A stretch of 64,000 nt of DNA, taken from NCBI GenBank assembly GCA_965215605.1, contig OZ244070.1, forward strand, positions 2,176,001 through 2,240,000, given 5' to 3'. The position numbers and the translations under genes are program-made. The DNA is from an uncultured Candidatus Binatia bacterium. GTDB lineage: Bacteria; Desulfobacterota; Binatia; UBA9968; JAJDTQ01. Shown one piece after another: positions 28,567-37,376 of this stretch. The notes under the pieces are model-generated. The model was not told the origin of the DNA and made no database searches. It worked only from the letters and a program-made list of their open reading frames with translations. The first letter of the stretch is position 1. Each line of letters opens with the position of its first letter.

Positions 28567-30333
28567 TCATCGGACGAGGACGACCTTGTCGCCAGGCGAA
28601 AGGCCCTTCACCACCTCGACCGAATCGAGCGTGGTGAGGCCGAGTTCGACCGCGCGCCGCTCCGCGCCGCCGCCGTCGGCGAGGACACGCAGCCAAGCCT
28701 TGCCGTTCCCCTGTTCCACTGCGCCGATCGGCACCATCAGGGCCGCCGGGCGGTGGTGGACGACGATCGTGACATAGGCCGACATGCCGACCCGCAGCCG
28801 GTCACGCGCCTCCGTTCCCAGCCTGTCCAGCGTGACGACGACCTCGAATTGCGGCGCGCCGCGCCGTCGCGTTCTGAGATCCGCCCTCGGTGAGACACGG
28901 GTCACGGCGCCCGCGATCTGCAGGCCGGGAAATCCGGGGCCGGTAATCCAGGCCTGCTGGCCGGCCTCGACCTTCCTCACGTCCACCTCGTCCACGCTGG
29001 TGACGACGGAGAGGCGCTCCAGGTCCGCGATGCTCAGCATCAACTCTCCCTGTCCCACCGGCCTGCCCTTCGTCAGGGGCCGGGCCCTCGGGCCCTCCGC
29101 CGCCATGACGACCCCGGCGATCGGCGCCCGGACCCGCGCCAGGTCCAGCTTTTCCTCATGCACGCGCAGGCGGTCCTCGGCCGTCCGGGCCTCCAGACGC
29201 GCCACCCGCCGCGCTTCTTCGCCGCCCTTTGCCTTCACCGCCTCCAGCTCCCGCCGGGCCTCCTCGATATCCAGGGCCCGGTTCTGCCGCTGCCGCTGCG
29301 CATCTTCTTGCTGCGAGGCGGGAACGAGCCCCTGCTCCAGAAGGAAGGCGGTCCTGTCGAGATGCCGCTCCGCATCGTCGAACGCAATCTTCGCCCGCCG
29401 CAAGGCTTGGCGGGCGCGCGCCATGTCGGCGCTGTTCTCCCATTCCTCGAGCTCGACAAGCCGGTCGTGCGCCTTGATATGCTCGACTTGGGCACGCCTG
29501 TGGTCCGCGGCGAGCTGGCCCGTGTCGAGAGCGACCAGCGGATCGCCCGCCGCCACCCGATCCCCGGGGGCGGCATGCAATGCGCTTACATGGCTTTCGA
29601 TCGGGCTGACGATCTCGGCGACGCGGCCCGGTGCCAGATGGCCCCTGAGCGCGATGGTGGACCGGAATTCGCGGGGCTGCACCGTCACGGCCGGCAGCGC
29701 GCCTGGACCGCCGGCCTCCTCTACTCCCGGGCCGGCGTCCAGCGCCGCAGCGGCGCTGAACAGATCCAACGGCCGGACATACCAGGCGCCGATGGCGAGA
29801 AACACCACCATGACGAACAGCATCGCCGCGCCGCGCGCCGTGCGCACGCGCTTCGTCATCGCCAAAAGCGCTTCATTCCGAGCCTCGAGGTCGCGATAGG
29901 CGCTCTGGAGCTCACCGAGCTGCGTTTCGATGACCGCCGCCTGGCGCAGCTCCGTCTCGCGCAGCTCACGGACTTCGGTGATGTCGGAGACGACAACGAT
30001 CACCGCCACCCGCTCCTCTCCCACCATGAGGCAGGAGGTTGTGACGGACAGCGAGCGATGCGCCTCGCCGACCCGGACCCGCGTGACGCGCCGCGCGATG
30101 TCCCCGCGTTCGGCAACGGCGTCGAGGACAATCTGGGTGAACTCGTCGAAACCCTCGAACGCGATGAAGATCTGCCCGAAGGAACGCCCGGGCGCCTTAT
30201 CGGGGTCGAGCCCGAACATCCGGCAGAACGCGGCGTTGGCCATCCTGACCGCCCCGTCGAAACCGATGACGATCACCCCGTCGGACAGGTTCTCCAGAAG
30301 CGTGTGGTAAATGTCGGGGTCGCGGTCGGTCAT
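28567..30333 (-). CDS. PAS-domain-fused MacA-like periplasmic adaptor (membrane fusion protein)
   Basis: N-terminal PAS (LLENLSDGVIVI...ANAAFCRMFG...VSDITE), coiled coil, one TM helix, then the lipoyl/hairpin/beta-barrel adaptor (VRAPIAGVV, VDEVDV, LRVGMSA, GLSPGDKVV). Confidence 0.85.
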   Translation of the reverse strand: MTDRDPDIYHTLLENLSDGVIVIGFDGAVRMANAAFCRMFGLDPDKAPGRSFGQIFIAFEGFDEFTQIVLDAVAERGDIARRVTRVRVGEAHRSLSVTTSCLMVGEERVAVIVVVSDITEVRELRETELRQAAVIETQLGELQSAYRDLEARNEALLAMTKRVRTARGAAMLFVMVVFLAIGAWYVRPLDLFSAAAALDAGPGVEEAGGPGALPAVTVQPREFRSTIALRGHLAPGRVAEIVSPIESHVSALHAAPGDRVAAGDPLVALDTGQLAADHRRAQVEHIKAHDRLVELEEWENSADMARARQALRRAKIAFDDAERHLDRTAFLLEQGLVPASQQEDAQRQRQNRALDIEEARRELEAVKAKGGEEARRVARLEARTAEDRLRVHEEKLDLARVRAPIAGVVMAAEGPRARPLTKGRPVGQGELMLSIADLERLSVVTSVDEVDVRKVEAGQQAWITGPGFPGLQIAGAVTRVSPRADLRTRRRGAPQFEVVVTLDRLGTEARDRLRVGMSAYVTIVVHHRPAALMVPIGAVEQGNGKAWLRVLADGGGAERRAVELGLTTLDSVEVVKGLSPGDKVVLVR

Positions 30334-31859
30334 TGCGGCGCCGCCTCAAGCCGGACGTCCCAGCGGTCCAGCACGCGTCCGGTGGTCCGGTCGAGCCGCG
30401 TCAGCGCAGCGAGCCAGGAGAGGATGGCGTCCGCTTCGGCCTGTTCCGCCTGGACCAGCTCTTCCTCGGCCGACGCCACCTCGAAGGTGGACGACAGGCC
30501 CTGGCCGAATTTTGCCTCCTCCACCGCCAGGTTCTGCTCCGCCAGTACGCGCGCGTCGCGCGCCAGTTCGGTCAGGCGGAGGCCCACCTCGACATCGTTC
30601 AGCGCCTGGCGCAGCGCCGTGCCGATCGACTCGCGCAATTCGACGACGCTTCTCTCCGCCTTCTTCAGCGCGTTGCGGGCCCTCAAGCGTGCGAGCTCAG
30701 GCGTCCGGTCGTTCAGCGGAACAGTGGCGTCTAACCGCACCTCACTATCCGGCCGGCCAGTGTCGCTATGCATCCACCGGAAGCTGAGAGCAACATCCGG
30801 CAACAGGTTGTTGCGGGCTACCGTCAACGCGATCCTGGCGGTCTCGACCCCGAGCCCGGCCTGGAGATAATCGACGCGGTTTTGCAGTGCTTCTTCGAGC
30901 GTCGGCGCAACGGCGGCGTCCTGCTGCCCGGCCTTCAACTCCTCCAGCGGACGGATGCGGATCCGGCTGTCAAGCTCCAGAATATCGATCAGGGCAAATT
31001 GCGCCGCTTCCAGGCGGTTCCGCGCCCGGACCAGCGCCAATTCCCGGGTGGCGATCGCCGCCTCGGACCGCCCCGCTTCGCGCTCGGCCACGCGCCCCGC
31101 GCCGATCAGCGCGCGCGTCGCCTCAAGCTGTTCGCGGGCGCGCTGCAATGAAGCTTCGCCGATTTCCACTTGCCGCACCGCGCCGATCAGCGCGCGATAC
31201 GCCCCGATCACGGCGACGACCAGATCCGCCGCAGTCTGGCGGAAGGCGAGGATGTCGATCCGTTCTTTCAGCCGCGCCTGCCGCACCGTTGCACTGTCGA
31301 TATCGGCCCAAGCGCCTTTCAGCAATGGCTGGGAAAAGCTGAAGGTTTGCGAACCGGCATCGTCGAACTTCCTCGACAGCCTTTCGTCCCAGCCGAGCGC
31401 GAACGCGCCGCCGGTGGGAACGCGCAGGCTCATCCGAGCGCCGAAGCCCGCCTTGTCGTCTTGCCGGTCCCTGCTCGCGAAGGGGCCGACGGTAACCTGA
31501 GGACTCCAGCGCTCCTCGGCCACATCCAGCGAAAACCTCTGCACTTCCCGGTCGAGCCGGCTGTTGAGAAGCGGCCGGTTGCGCGCCAGCGCCAGCCCGA
31601 TCGCGTCGCGCAGCGTCAGGTCGCAAACACTCGCGGCGCAGCCAGGGGGATCGTCCGCCGTCGCGGGCGTCTGGGCGGCCGCGGGGACCAGTGCCAAAAA
31701 GCACAGAACCGAGACGATTGCGAGGAAAAGCCCCGTCAGTCCCGGCGATGAGGCAAATGCAGTCGAAGCCCGGACGCGGCCCGCCGCCCCCGGTTGCCCG
31801 GACGATCCAACCGGCCTTGCCCAAGCTGTCGTGCGACGAACCTCAACTCCGTCGATCAC
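30330..31859 (-). CDS. TolC family outer membrane protein
   Basis: Hydrophobic signal ending AAA|Q, plus LTLRDAIGLALARN, FSQPLLKG and FGQGLSSTFEV. Start uncertain (GTG at 31859 assumed). Confidence 0.8.
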   Translation of the reverse strand: MIDGVEVRRTTAWARPVGSSGQPGAAGRVRASTAFASSPGLTGLFLAIVSVLCFLALVPAAAQTPATADDPPGCAASVCDLTLRDAIGLALARNRPLLNSRLDREVQRFSLDVAEERWSPQVTVGPFASRDRQDDKAGFGARMSLRVPTGGAFALGWDERLSRKFDDAGSQTFSFSQPLLKGAWADIDSATVRQARLKERIDILAFRQTAADLVVAVIGAYRALIGAVRQVEIGEASLQRAREQLEATRALIGAGRVAEREAGRSEAAIATRELALVRARNRLEAAQFALIDILELDSRIRIRPLEELKAGQQDAAVAPTLEEALQNRVDYLQAGLGVETARIALTVARNNLLPDVALSFRWMHSDTGRPDSEVRLDATVPLNDRTPELARLRARNALKKAERSVVELRESIGTALRQALNDVEVGLRLTELARDARVLAEQNLAVEEAKFGQGLSSTFEVASAEEELVQAEQAEADAILSWLAALTRLDRTTGRVLDRWDVRLEAAPQ

Positions 31860-31954
31860 GTCCCCCTCTGCGAGCCTCCAGTGACAGGCGAGATCAGTTC
31901 CCCAGCATCCCGCCTCCAGCAAATACCCGATTTCAGCGGGGCATGTCAATGTCA

Positions 31955-32204
31955 GCCCAGATCGTGTGAAAACTCGACGTCCCATCAACGGAAGCGTTCG
32001 AGCCGGCGCCTGGAGACGGAGACCCACTGCAATCTCGAAGTGATCTGGTTGCTGCGCCGGCTTCGGCCGGACTTCAAGACGATCGCGGACTTCCGGCGGG
32101 ACAACCGGGAGGCGTTTCGGCAGGTGTTTCGCGAGTTCGTGCGTCTTTGCCGCGAACTCGACCTCTACGGCCGGGAGCTGGTGGCGGTCGACGGCACGCG
32201 CATC
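31955..32204 (+). mobile_element. IS1182-family transposase fragment
   Basis: RSSRRLETETHCNLEVIWLLRRLRPDFKTIADFRRDN...VAVDGTRI. End-like sequence CAGATCGTGTGAAAACTC lies upstream. Truncated on both sides. Confidence 0.75.
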
Positions 32205-32232
32205 GACCCCATCGCGTGCCCGCTCGTTGCAC

Positions 32233-32773
32233 GGTCCCCGGTCACTGGCAATACGGACCCGCGTTCCGGCATCCCATCCTGACCGTTTAATCGTTATCCT
32301 GGATCTGGCCGGTCAACGTCATCGTGCTCGGCATGGACCGGATGCCGGATGTCGGTGTGACCCATCCGGTGACGTCGCGGTAGAGGCCGTTAACCTCCTG
32401 GTCGTAGAGCTTGAGCTTGAATACTTCCGGGTCTTCTCCATTGCTGTCGTCAATCGTGTTCACAGAGATCTTCTTGGTCTTGACCCCCGAGTTGAAGGTC
32501 ACGGTGCCGGTGGTCTCTTCGTAATCCTCGCCCTTGACGGCAGCGGCGTCTTCCGTCTTGTACTTGTAGCGCACCGCCCAGCCGTTCGGTGCAGCCCCGA
32601 GTTCGACGGTGAACTCCATCGTGTCGCCCTCGGTTGCGCCGGCGTCCACGGCGTCGGCCGCTTGCGGCGCCACGAGCGCAGCACCCCCCAACAGCACGAC
32701 GCCGGCAAGGGCGGCGCGCCATGCGGTCCATTCGGTTTTCCTGTTCGATTCCTGTCTCATGATCCTCCCTCCT
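32233..32773. repeat. Right arm of the ~540 bp inverted duplication
   Basis: Reverse complement of 23241-23781 with scattered substitutions. Confidence 0.9.
32287..32760 (-). CDS. Secreted Calx-beta protein (inverted copy of 23254-23772, C-terminal tail lost through a nonsense codon)
   Basis: Nearly identical protein. TAA replaces CAA, and the in-frame tail TVRMGCRNAGPYCQ* persists to 32242. Confidence 0.8.
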   Translation of the reverse strand: MRQESNRKTEWTAWRAALAGVVLLGGAALVAPQAADAVDAGATEGDTMEFTVELGAAPNGWAVRYKYKTEDAAAVKGEDYEETTGTVTFNSGVKTKKISVNTIDDSNGEDPEVFKLKLYDQEVNGLYRDVTGWVTPTSGIRSMPSTMTLTGQIQDND

Positions 32774-32819
32774 TCTCGGGCGTGGGAGCCCGGTCGCGGG
32801 CCGATTGCGCCCTGGACGA

Positions 32820-32933
32820 GTCGAAAGCTAGCCTGCATTATTCGCCACACCCACCATGACCAAAAATACTCCACTGCCGTTCGAATTGCCAGCCGTAAGC
32901 CGCAAGAAGGTGACCGCCGATTTCGCGGGTGGC
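32820..32933 (+). mobile_element. IS1380-family transposase 5' fragment
   Basis: MTKNTPLPFELPAVSRKKVTADFAGG matches the recalled IS1380 transposase N-terminus. It breaks off at the amidohydrolase stop. Confidence 0.65.
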
Positions 32934-32934
32934 C

Positions 32935-33927
32935 TCAGGAGCCGTTGCCGCTGTCCAGCCCCAGGAGCCTCGCGGCGTTGCCGCCGCGCACCGCGTCGGA
33001 GCCGCCCAGGCCGGCGCGCTCCAGCAGTCCCAGGGGATCGGTCTCGCCCATGTCGTAGGGGTAGTCGGTGCCCAGCAGGAGGCGTTCCTCGCCGGCAAGT
33101 TGATGCAGGAAGGCGAGCATGCGGGGGTCGTGCAGGATGGTGTCGAAGTAGAAGCGGCGGAAGTATGTCTCCGGGTTGCCGGGCACGGCGCGCGCCGCGT
33201 CCACCGCGCCGTGGCCGTGGACCACCCGGCCCAGGAGATATGGAAGGGCGCCGCCGCCGTGCACCAGGCAGATGTTGAGCGATGGGTAACGCTCCATCAC
33301 GCCGCCGAGGATCAGCGATGCCGCGGCAATGGCGGTGTCCACGGGATTGCCCACGAGGTTGTTCATGTAGTACCGGCTGAGCCGCTCCGCGGCGGCGACA
33401 CGGTGCGGATGCAGTTGCACCAGCACGCCCATGTCGGCCGCGCACTCGAAGAAGGGCCGGAACGCCTCGTCGTCGAGGTTGACGCCGTCGATGTGGGTGC
33501 CGATCTCCACCATCCGGATGCCCAGCGCGTCCACCGCGTAGCGCAGTTCCTCCACCGCCGCCACGGGGGACTGCATGGGGACGGTGGCCACCGGGATCAG
33601 CCCCGGCTCACCGCGCGCCGCCTCGGCATTGGTTTCGTTGAAGAGCCGCGACACCGCCTGCCCGTGAACCCCTTCCAACTGGTAGGTCACGATGGTCATG
33701 GGCGGCGACAGCACCTGCCGGTCCAGCCCCCGCTCCCGCATGGCGCTCAGGCGGGCGGGAAGGTCGGAGAGGAACGGCTGCAGCGCCGCGGGCCGCGCTT
33801 CCCCCACCCGCAGCGACAGCCCGCCGGAGCCGTCCTCCTCGATGTGGCAGCCGTGCCGGGCGCCGTCCCGGCGCATGGCCCGGATCCACTCGGGCGGAGT
33901 GAAGTGGGCGTGGACGTCGATGACCAT
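32935..33927 (-). CDS. Amidohydrolase_2 family (ACMSD-like decarboxylase/hydratase)
   Basis: Motifs IDVHAH, LHP, VHGGGALP, FYFDT and LLGTDYPY. Confidence 0.88.
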   Translation of the reverse strand: MVIDVHAHFTPPEWIRAMRRDGARHGCHIEEDGSGGLSLRVGEARPAALQPFLSDLPARLSAMRERGLDRQVLSPPMTIVTYQLEGVHGQAVSRLFNETNAEAARGEPGLIPVATVPMQSPVAAVEELRYAVDALGIRMVEIGTHIDGVNLDDEAFRPFFECAADMGVLVQLHPHRVAAAERLSRYYMNNLVGNPVDTAIAAASLILGGVMERYPSLNICLVHGGGALPYLLGRVVHGHGAVDAARAVPGNPETYFRRFYFDTILHDPRMLAFLHQLAGEERLLLGTDYPYDMGETDPLGLLERAGLGGSDAVRGGNAARLLGLDSGNGS

Positions 33928-34124
33928 GTGCGTCGTTCCCCTTTGCTTTTGCTGGTGGCCCCTGTGTTTAGGGACCGGACGGACGACTGCGCGATGCGCA
34001 TGCCGAATTCCCTACATCTACTACGCGACAGGTAGATGGGTCCATCCGTCGGAACTTCTCAAGAGACAACTTGATCAGGTATGGTATCGGTCGCGGTCAC
34101 GACGAACTCAAAGGTAGGTTACCG

Positions 34125-37100
34125 ATGCCGCCTAACCATGTAATTGACAACCATCACGAGACTCTGGCGGATCACCTTCGCCCCCGAATGATCAACGCGG
34201 ACGAGCTGCGCATGGTTTCCGCGTATTTCTCAATATACGGGTATGCGCTGCTGGAAAACGAACTTGGGACCATCGGAAGAGTCCGTTTTCTGTTCGGCGA
34301 GCCGGATTCGGCGGCCGATCTTGATCCCGGCAAGCAGGAGTTCAAGTCTTTCGAGATGACGGAGACGGGACTGTCCCCGCGCCATCAGCTACAACAAAAA
34401 CACCTTGCGCTGCGCTGTGCTGATTGGATTCGTAGTAATGTCGAAGTCCGTTCCATCAAGCAGGTGAATTTTCTGCACGGCAAGATGTATCTCACGGAGA
34501 CACGGGACGGTGGCGACGCAGTGGTAGGCAGCTCGAATTTCACTAAACGGGGTCTGGGCGGTGCAGCGGACGCCAACCTGGAGATCAATCTGGCGGTCGG
34601 CGCCGAGCCTCCGGGCGCGTGGCTTGACCTCAAGCAATGGTTCGATGCTCTTTGGCGGGACACCGGCCGCACAAGAGACGCCAAGGACGACGTATTGAAA
34701 GCGCTTGCCCGTGTCGGTCGCGACTACGCGCCGGAGTTCGTTTATTACAAGACGCTCTACGAATTGTTTCGGAGCGAACTGGAAGCCCAGAGAGCCGGTG
34801 AGAGCGACCTGCAGACACGTCTTTACGATACCGGGATCTGGAGGACGTTGTACGACTTCCAGAAAGATGCGGCGAAAACGGTCATCACTCGACTTGAGCG
34901 TCAGGGCGGATGCATCCTGGCGGACAGCGTGGGGCTTGGCAAGACCTACACGGCGCTGGCCGTCATCAAGTACTACGAACTCCGTTTCAACGCGCGGGTG
35001 CTCGTGCTGTGTCCGAAGAAGCTTAACGAGAACTGGATTCTGTATCCGGCCGCGAACGCCCGCAAGCAGAATCCGTTCATGGACGACCGCTTCGCGTTTA
35101 CAGTCCTGTCCCATACCGACTTGTCTCGAAGCAGCGGCGAGGCCGGTTCTATCAATCTCGCGGACTTCGACTGGAGTGGCTTTCATTTGGTTGTCATCGA
35201 CGAATCACACAACTTCCGGAACGCCACGGCAGGGCGCAAGGATAACCAAGGCAACGTCGTCAAGATGAGTCGCTATGAACGGCTGCTTGAGGAGGTCATC
35301 GCCAAAGGCGGCGACACCAAGGTGCTGATGCTGTCGGCGACCCCGGTCAACACGTCGCTCACCGATCTGCGCAATCAGATTGACCTGATGACTAACAAAC
35401 GCGAGGACTCGTTCCATGAGACTCTGGGTATTGGCAACTTCCGCAACTTGCTCGACGCCGCGCAGCGCAAGTTCAAGACTTGGGAGACGAGGAACAGAAC
35501 ACGGGACAAGACAAGCCTAGTCGAAGAGTTGGGAGCAGATTTCTTCAATCTCCTCGCGCGCGTCTCCATTGCCCGATCACGCAGGCAGATCAAGAAGTTT
35601 TACGCTGAGTCCATGCGCGAGATCGGCAGCTTTCCGTCACACGAAGTGCCAGAGAATCGCTATCCGCCGACGGACCTTCAGGGCGGGCTATCCTACAAGC
35701 TATTGAACGACCAGATCTCTTCGTTCTCCCTTTCTATCTACAATCCTTCCGCCTATGTCCTCAGCGAGGATGTGCTGCGCGACCTTCAGCAAGAAAAGGA
35801 AAAGTACCGTTTCAATCAGGCCGACCGCGAGAAGTTCCTGATCGGAATGATCCGAACGAACTTTCTGAAGCGGTTGGAGAGCTCCGCCCGGTCGTTGGCC
35901 CTGACGCTTGAACGCACGGTTGCCAAGATCGACGATCTTGCAGCGAAGATCGACGAATTCGACCGGAACCGAACTGAGTTGGACATCGAGACCGACGTGA
36001 CCCCCGAAGACGATGAGGACGATGAGGAGTTTCTCGTCAATCGAGGACGCCACCCTTTCCATTTGAAAGACCTGGACCGGTCCCGTTGGAAGGACGACCT
36101 CCTGCGGGATCGGGCTGTACTTGACAAAGCGCGTCGGAGCGTGGAACTGGTGACACCGGATCGGGACGGGAAGCTGGCTGCGGTTGTCGAAGATGTTCGT
36201 CGCCGGGCCTCAAGACCCACTACGGACAAGGACGGCCGCACCAACCGCAAGCTGCTCATCTTCACCACGTTCAAGGACACCGCCGAATACCTCTACGAGA
36301 ACCTCGAACCTGTGGCTCGTGAATCGAATCTGACCGTCGCTATGGTTGCCGGAGATGTAGTGCGGGCGCCTGAAGGCCCCAGTGATTTCCAGACGATTCT
36401 CGCCCGTTTTGCGCCTCGAGCGCGCGGAATACACAACGAGAAGAATGAACTCGATCTCCTGATCGCCACCGACTGCATTTCCGAAGGCCAGAATCTCCAG
36501 GACTGCGACACTGTCCTGAACTACGACATCCACTGGAATCCCGTGCGTCTTATCCAGCGCTTCGGACGCATCGACCGCATCGGTAGCCGTAGCCAGTCGG
36601 TGCGCATGATCAACTACTGGCCCACCAACGACATGGAGTTGTACCTGAATCTCCGGCACCGTGTGCAGGCGAGAATGGCGCTGGCGGACGCCGCGGCTAC
36701 AGGTGACGAGAACCGCCTGGCTGGTGATGCGGAAGAACAGGCACAGATGGAACTGAATTTCCGTGATGAACAACTCAAGCAATTGAAGAACGAAATCATC
36801 GATCTCGACGACATGGCGGACAGCGTAGTGATTAGCGACTTCACCCTGGACTATTTCCTGTCGCAACTCCTGCGTTATCTCGAACACAACAGGAAGGAAC
36901 TCGAAGCGGCTCCCAACGGGATCTACGCGGTCACCCAGGCAGAAGAGGGGAACCCCAGGTCCGGGGTTCTCTTCCTCCTGCGGCAGCGCAACGTCGCGGA
37001 CGGCGACGGCGCTCGTCATGTAAGCCTCACGTCACCCTGGTTTCTGGTCTTCATGCGCGACGATGGCACTGTGGGTCTGAGCCACATCAAGGCCCGCCAG

Positions 37101-37376
37101 GCCCTCGACTTGTTCGAGCGCGTGGCAGCAGGACAAGTGGAGTCATTACAGGAGCTCTGTGACGCCTTCGATGCGGAGACGCGTCAGGGTCGTGACATGA
37201 GCCGATACGACGCTCTGCTGGAAATCGCGGTGACAAGCATCGTCGGCCAATTCAAGGAAGTGGTCCGGCAGCATGTCGGCAAGCGCGGGTTCACGATTCC
37301 CAAGAAGGTTGAGCAACCGGCGGAACTCGACGACTTTGAGTTGGTAACTTGGCTGATCGTCAGGAATGGTACGTGA
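34125..37376 (+). CDS. PLD-nuclease domain fused to an SNF2-type helicase (restriction/defence-associated)
   Basis: PLD motif HGKMY...GSSNFT...NLEIN, Walker A ADSVGLGKT, DESHN, LSATP, and helicase-C motifs TDCISEGQNLQ and QRFGRIDRIG. Confidence 0.88.
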   Translation: MPPNHVIDNHHETLADHLRPRMINADELRMVSAYFSIYGYALLENELGTIGRVRFLFGEPDSAADLDPGKQEFKSFEMTETGLSPRHQLQQKHLALRCADWIRSNVEVRSIKQVNFLHGKMYLTETRDGGDAVVGSSNFTKRGLGGAADANLEINLAVGAEPPGAWLDLKQWFDALWRDTGRTRDAKDDVLKALARVGRDYAPEFVYYKTLYELFRSELEAQRAGESDLQTRLYDTGIWRTLYDFQKDAAKTVITRLERQGGCILADSVGLGKTYTALAVIKYYELRFNARVLVLCPKKLNENWILYPAANARKQNPFMDDRFAFTVLSHTDLSRSSGEAGSINLADFDWSGFHLVVIDESHNFRNATAGRKDNQGNVVKMSRYERLLEEVIAKGGDTKVLMLSATPVNTSLTDLRNQIDLMTNKREDSFHETLGIGNFRNLLDAAQRKFKTWETRNRTRDKTSLVEELGADFFNLLARVSIARSRRQIKKFYAESMREIGSFPSHEVPENRYPPTDLQGGLSYKLLNDQISSFSLSIYNPSAYVLSEDVLRDLQQEKEKYRFNQADREKFLIGMIRTNFLKRLESSARSLALTLERTVAKIDDLAAKIDEFDRNRTELDIETDVTPEDDEDDEEFLVNRGRHPFHLKDLDRSRWKDDLLRDRAVLDKARRSVELVTPDRDGKLAAVVEDVRRRASRPTTDKDGRTNRKLLIFTTFKDTAEYLYENLEPVARESNLTVAMVAGDVVRAPEGPSDFQTILARFAPRARGIHNEKNELDLLIATDCISEGQNLQDCDTVLNYDIHWNPVRLIQRFGRIDRIGSRSQSVRMINYWPTNDMELYLNLRHRVQARMALADAAATGDENRLAGDAEEQAQMELNFRDEQLKQLKNEIIDLDDMADSVVISDFTLDYFLSQLLRYLEHNRKELEAAPNGIYAVTQAEEGNPRSGVLFLLRQRNVADGDGARHVSLTSPWFLVFMRDDGTVGLSHIKARQALDLFERVAAGQVESLQELCDAFDAETRQGRDMSRYDALLEIAVTSIVGQFKEVVRQHVGKRGFTIPKKVEQPAELDDFELVTWLIVRNGT

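Noticed and set aside
31860-32027. Long N-terminal extension of TolC in the ORF track
   Set aside because: It runs antisense through the IS1182 remnant, and the signal peptide lies further downstream.
34015-34038. Small hairpin CATCTAC...GTAGATG as an island boundary
   Set aside because: Only a 7-bp stem, with no convincing match at the right edge of the island.
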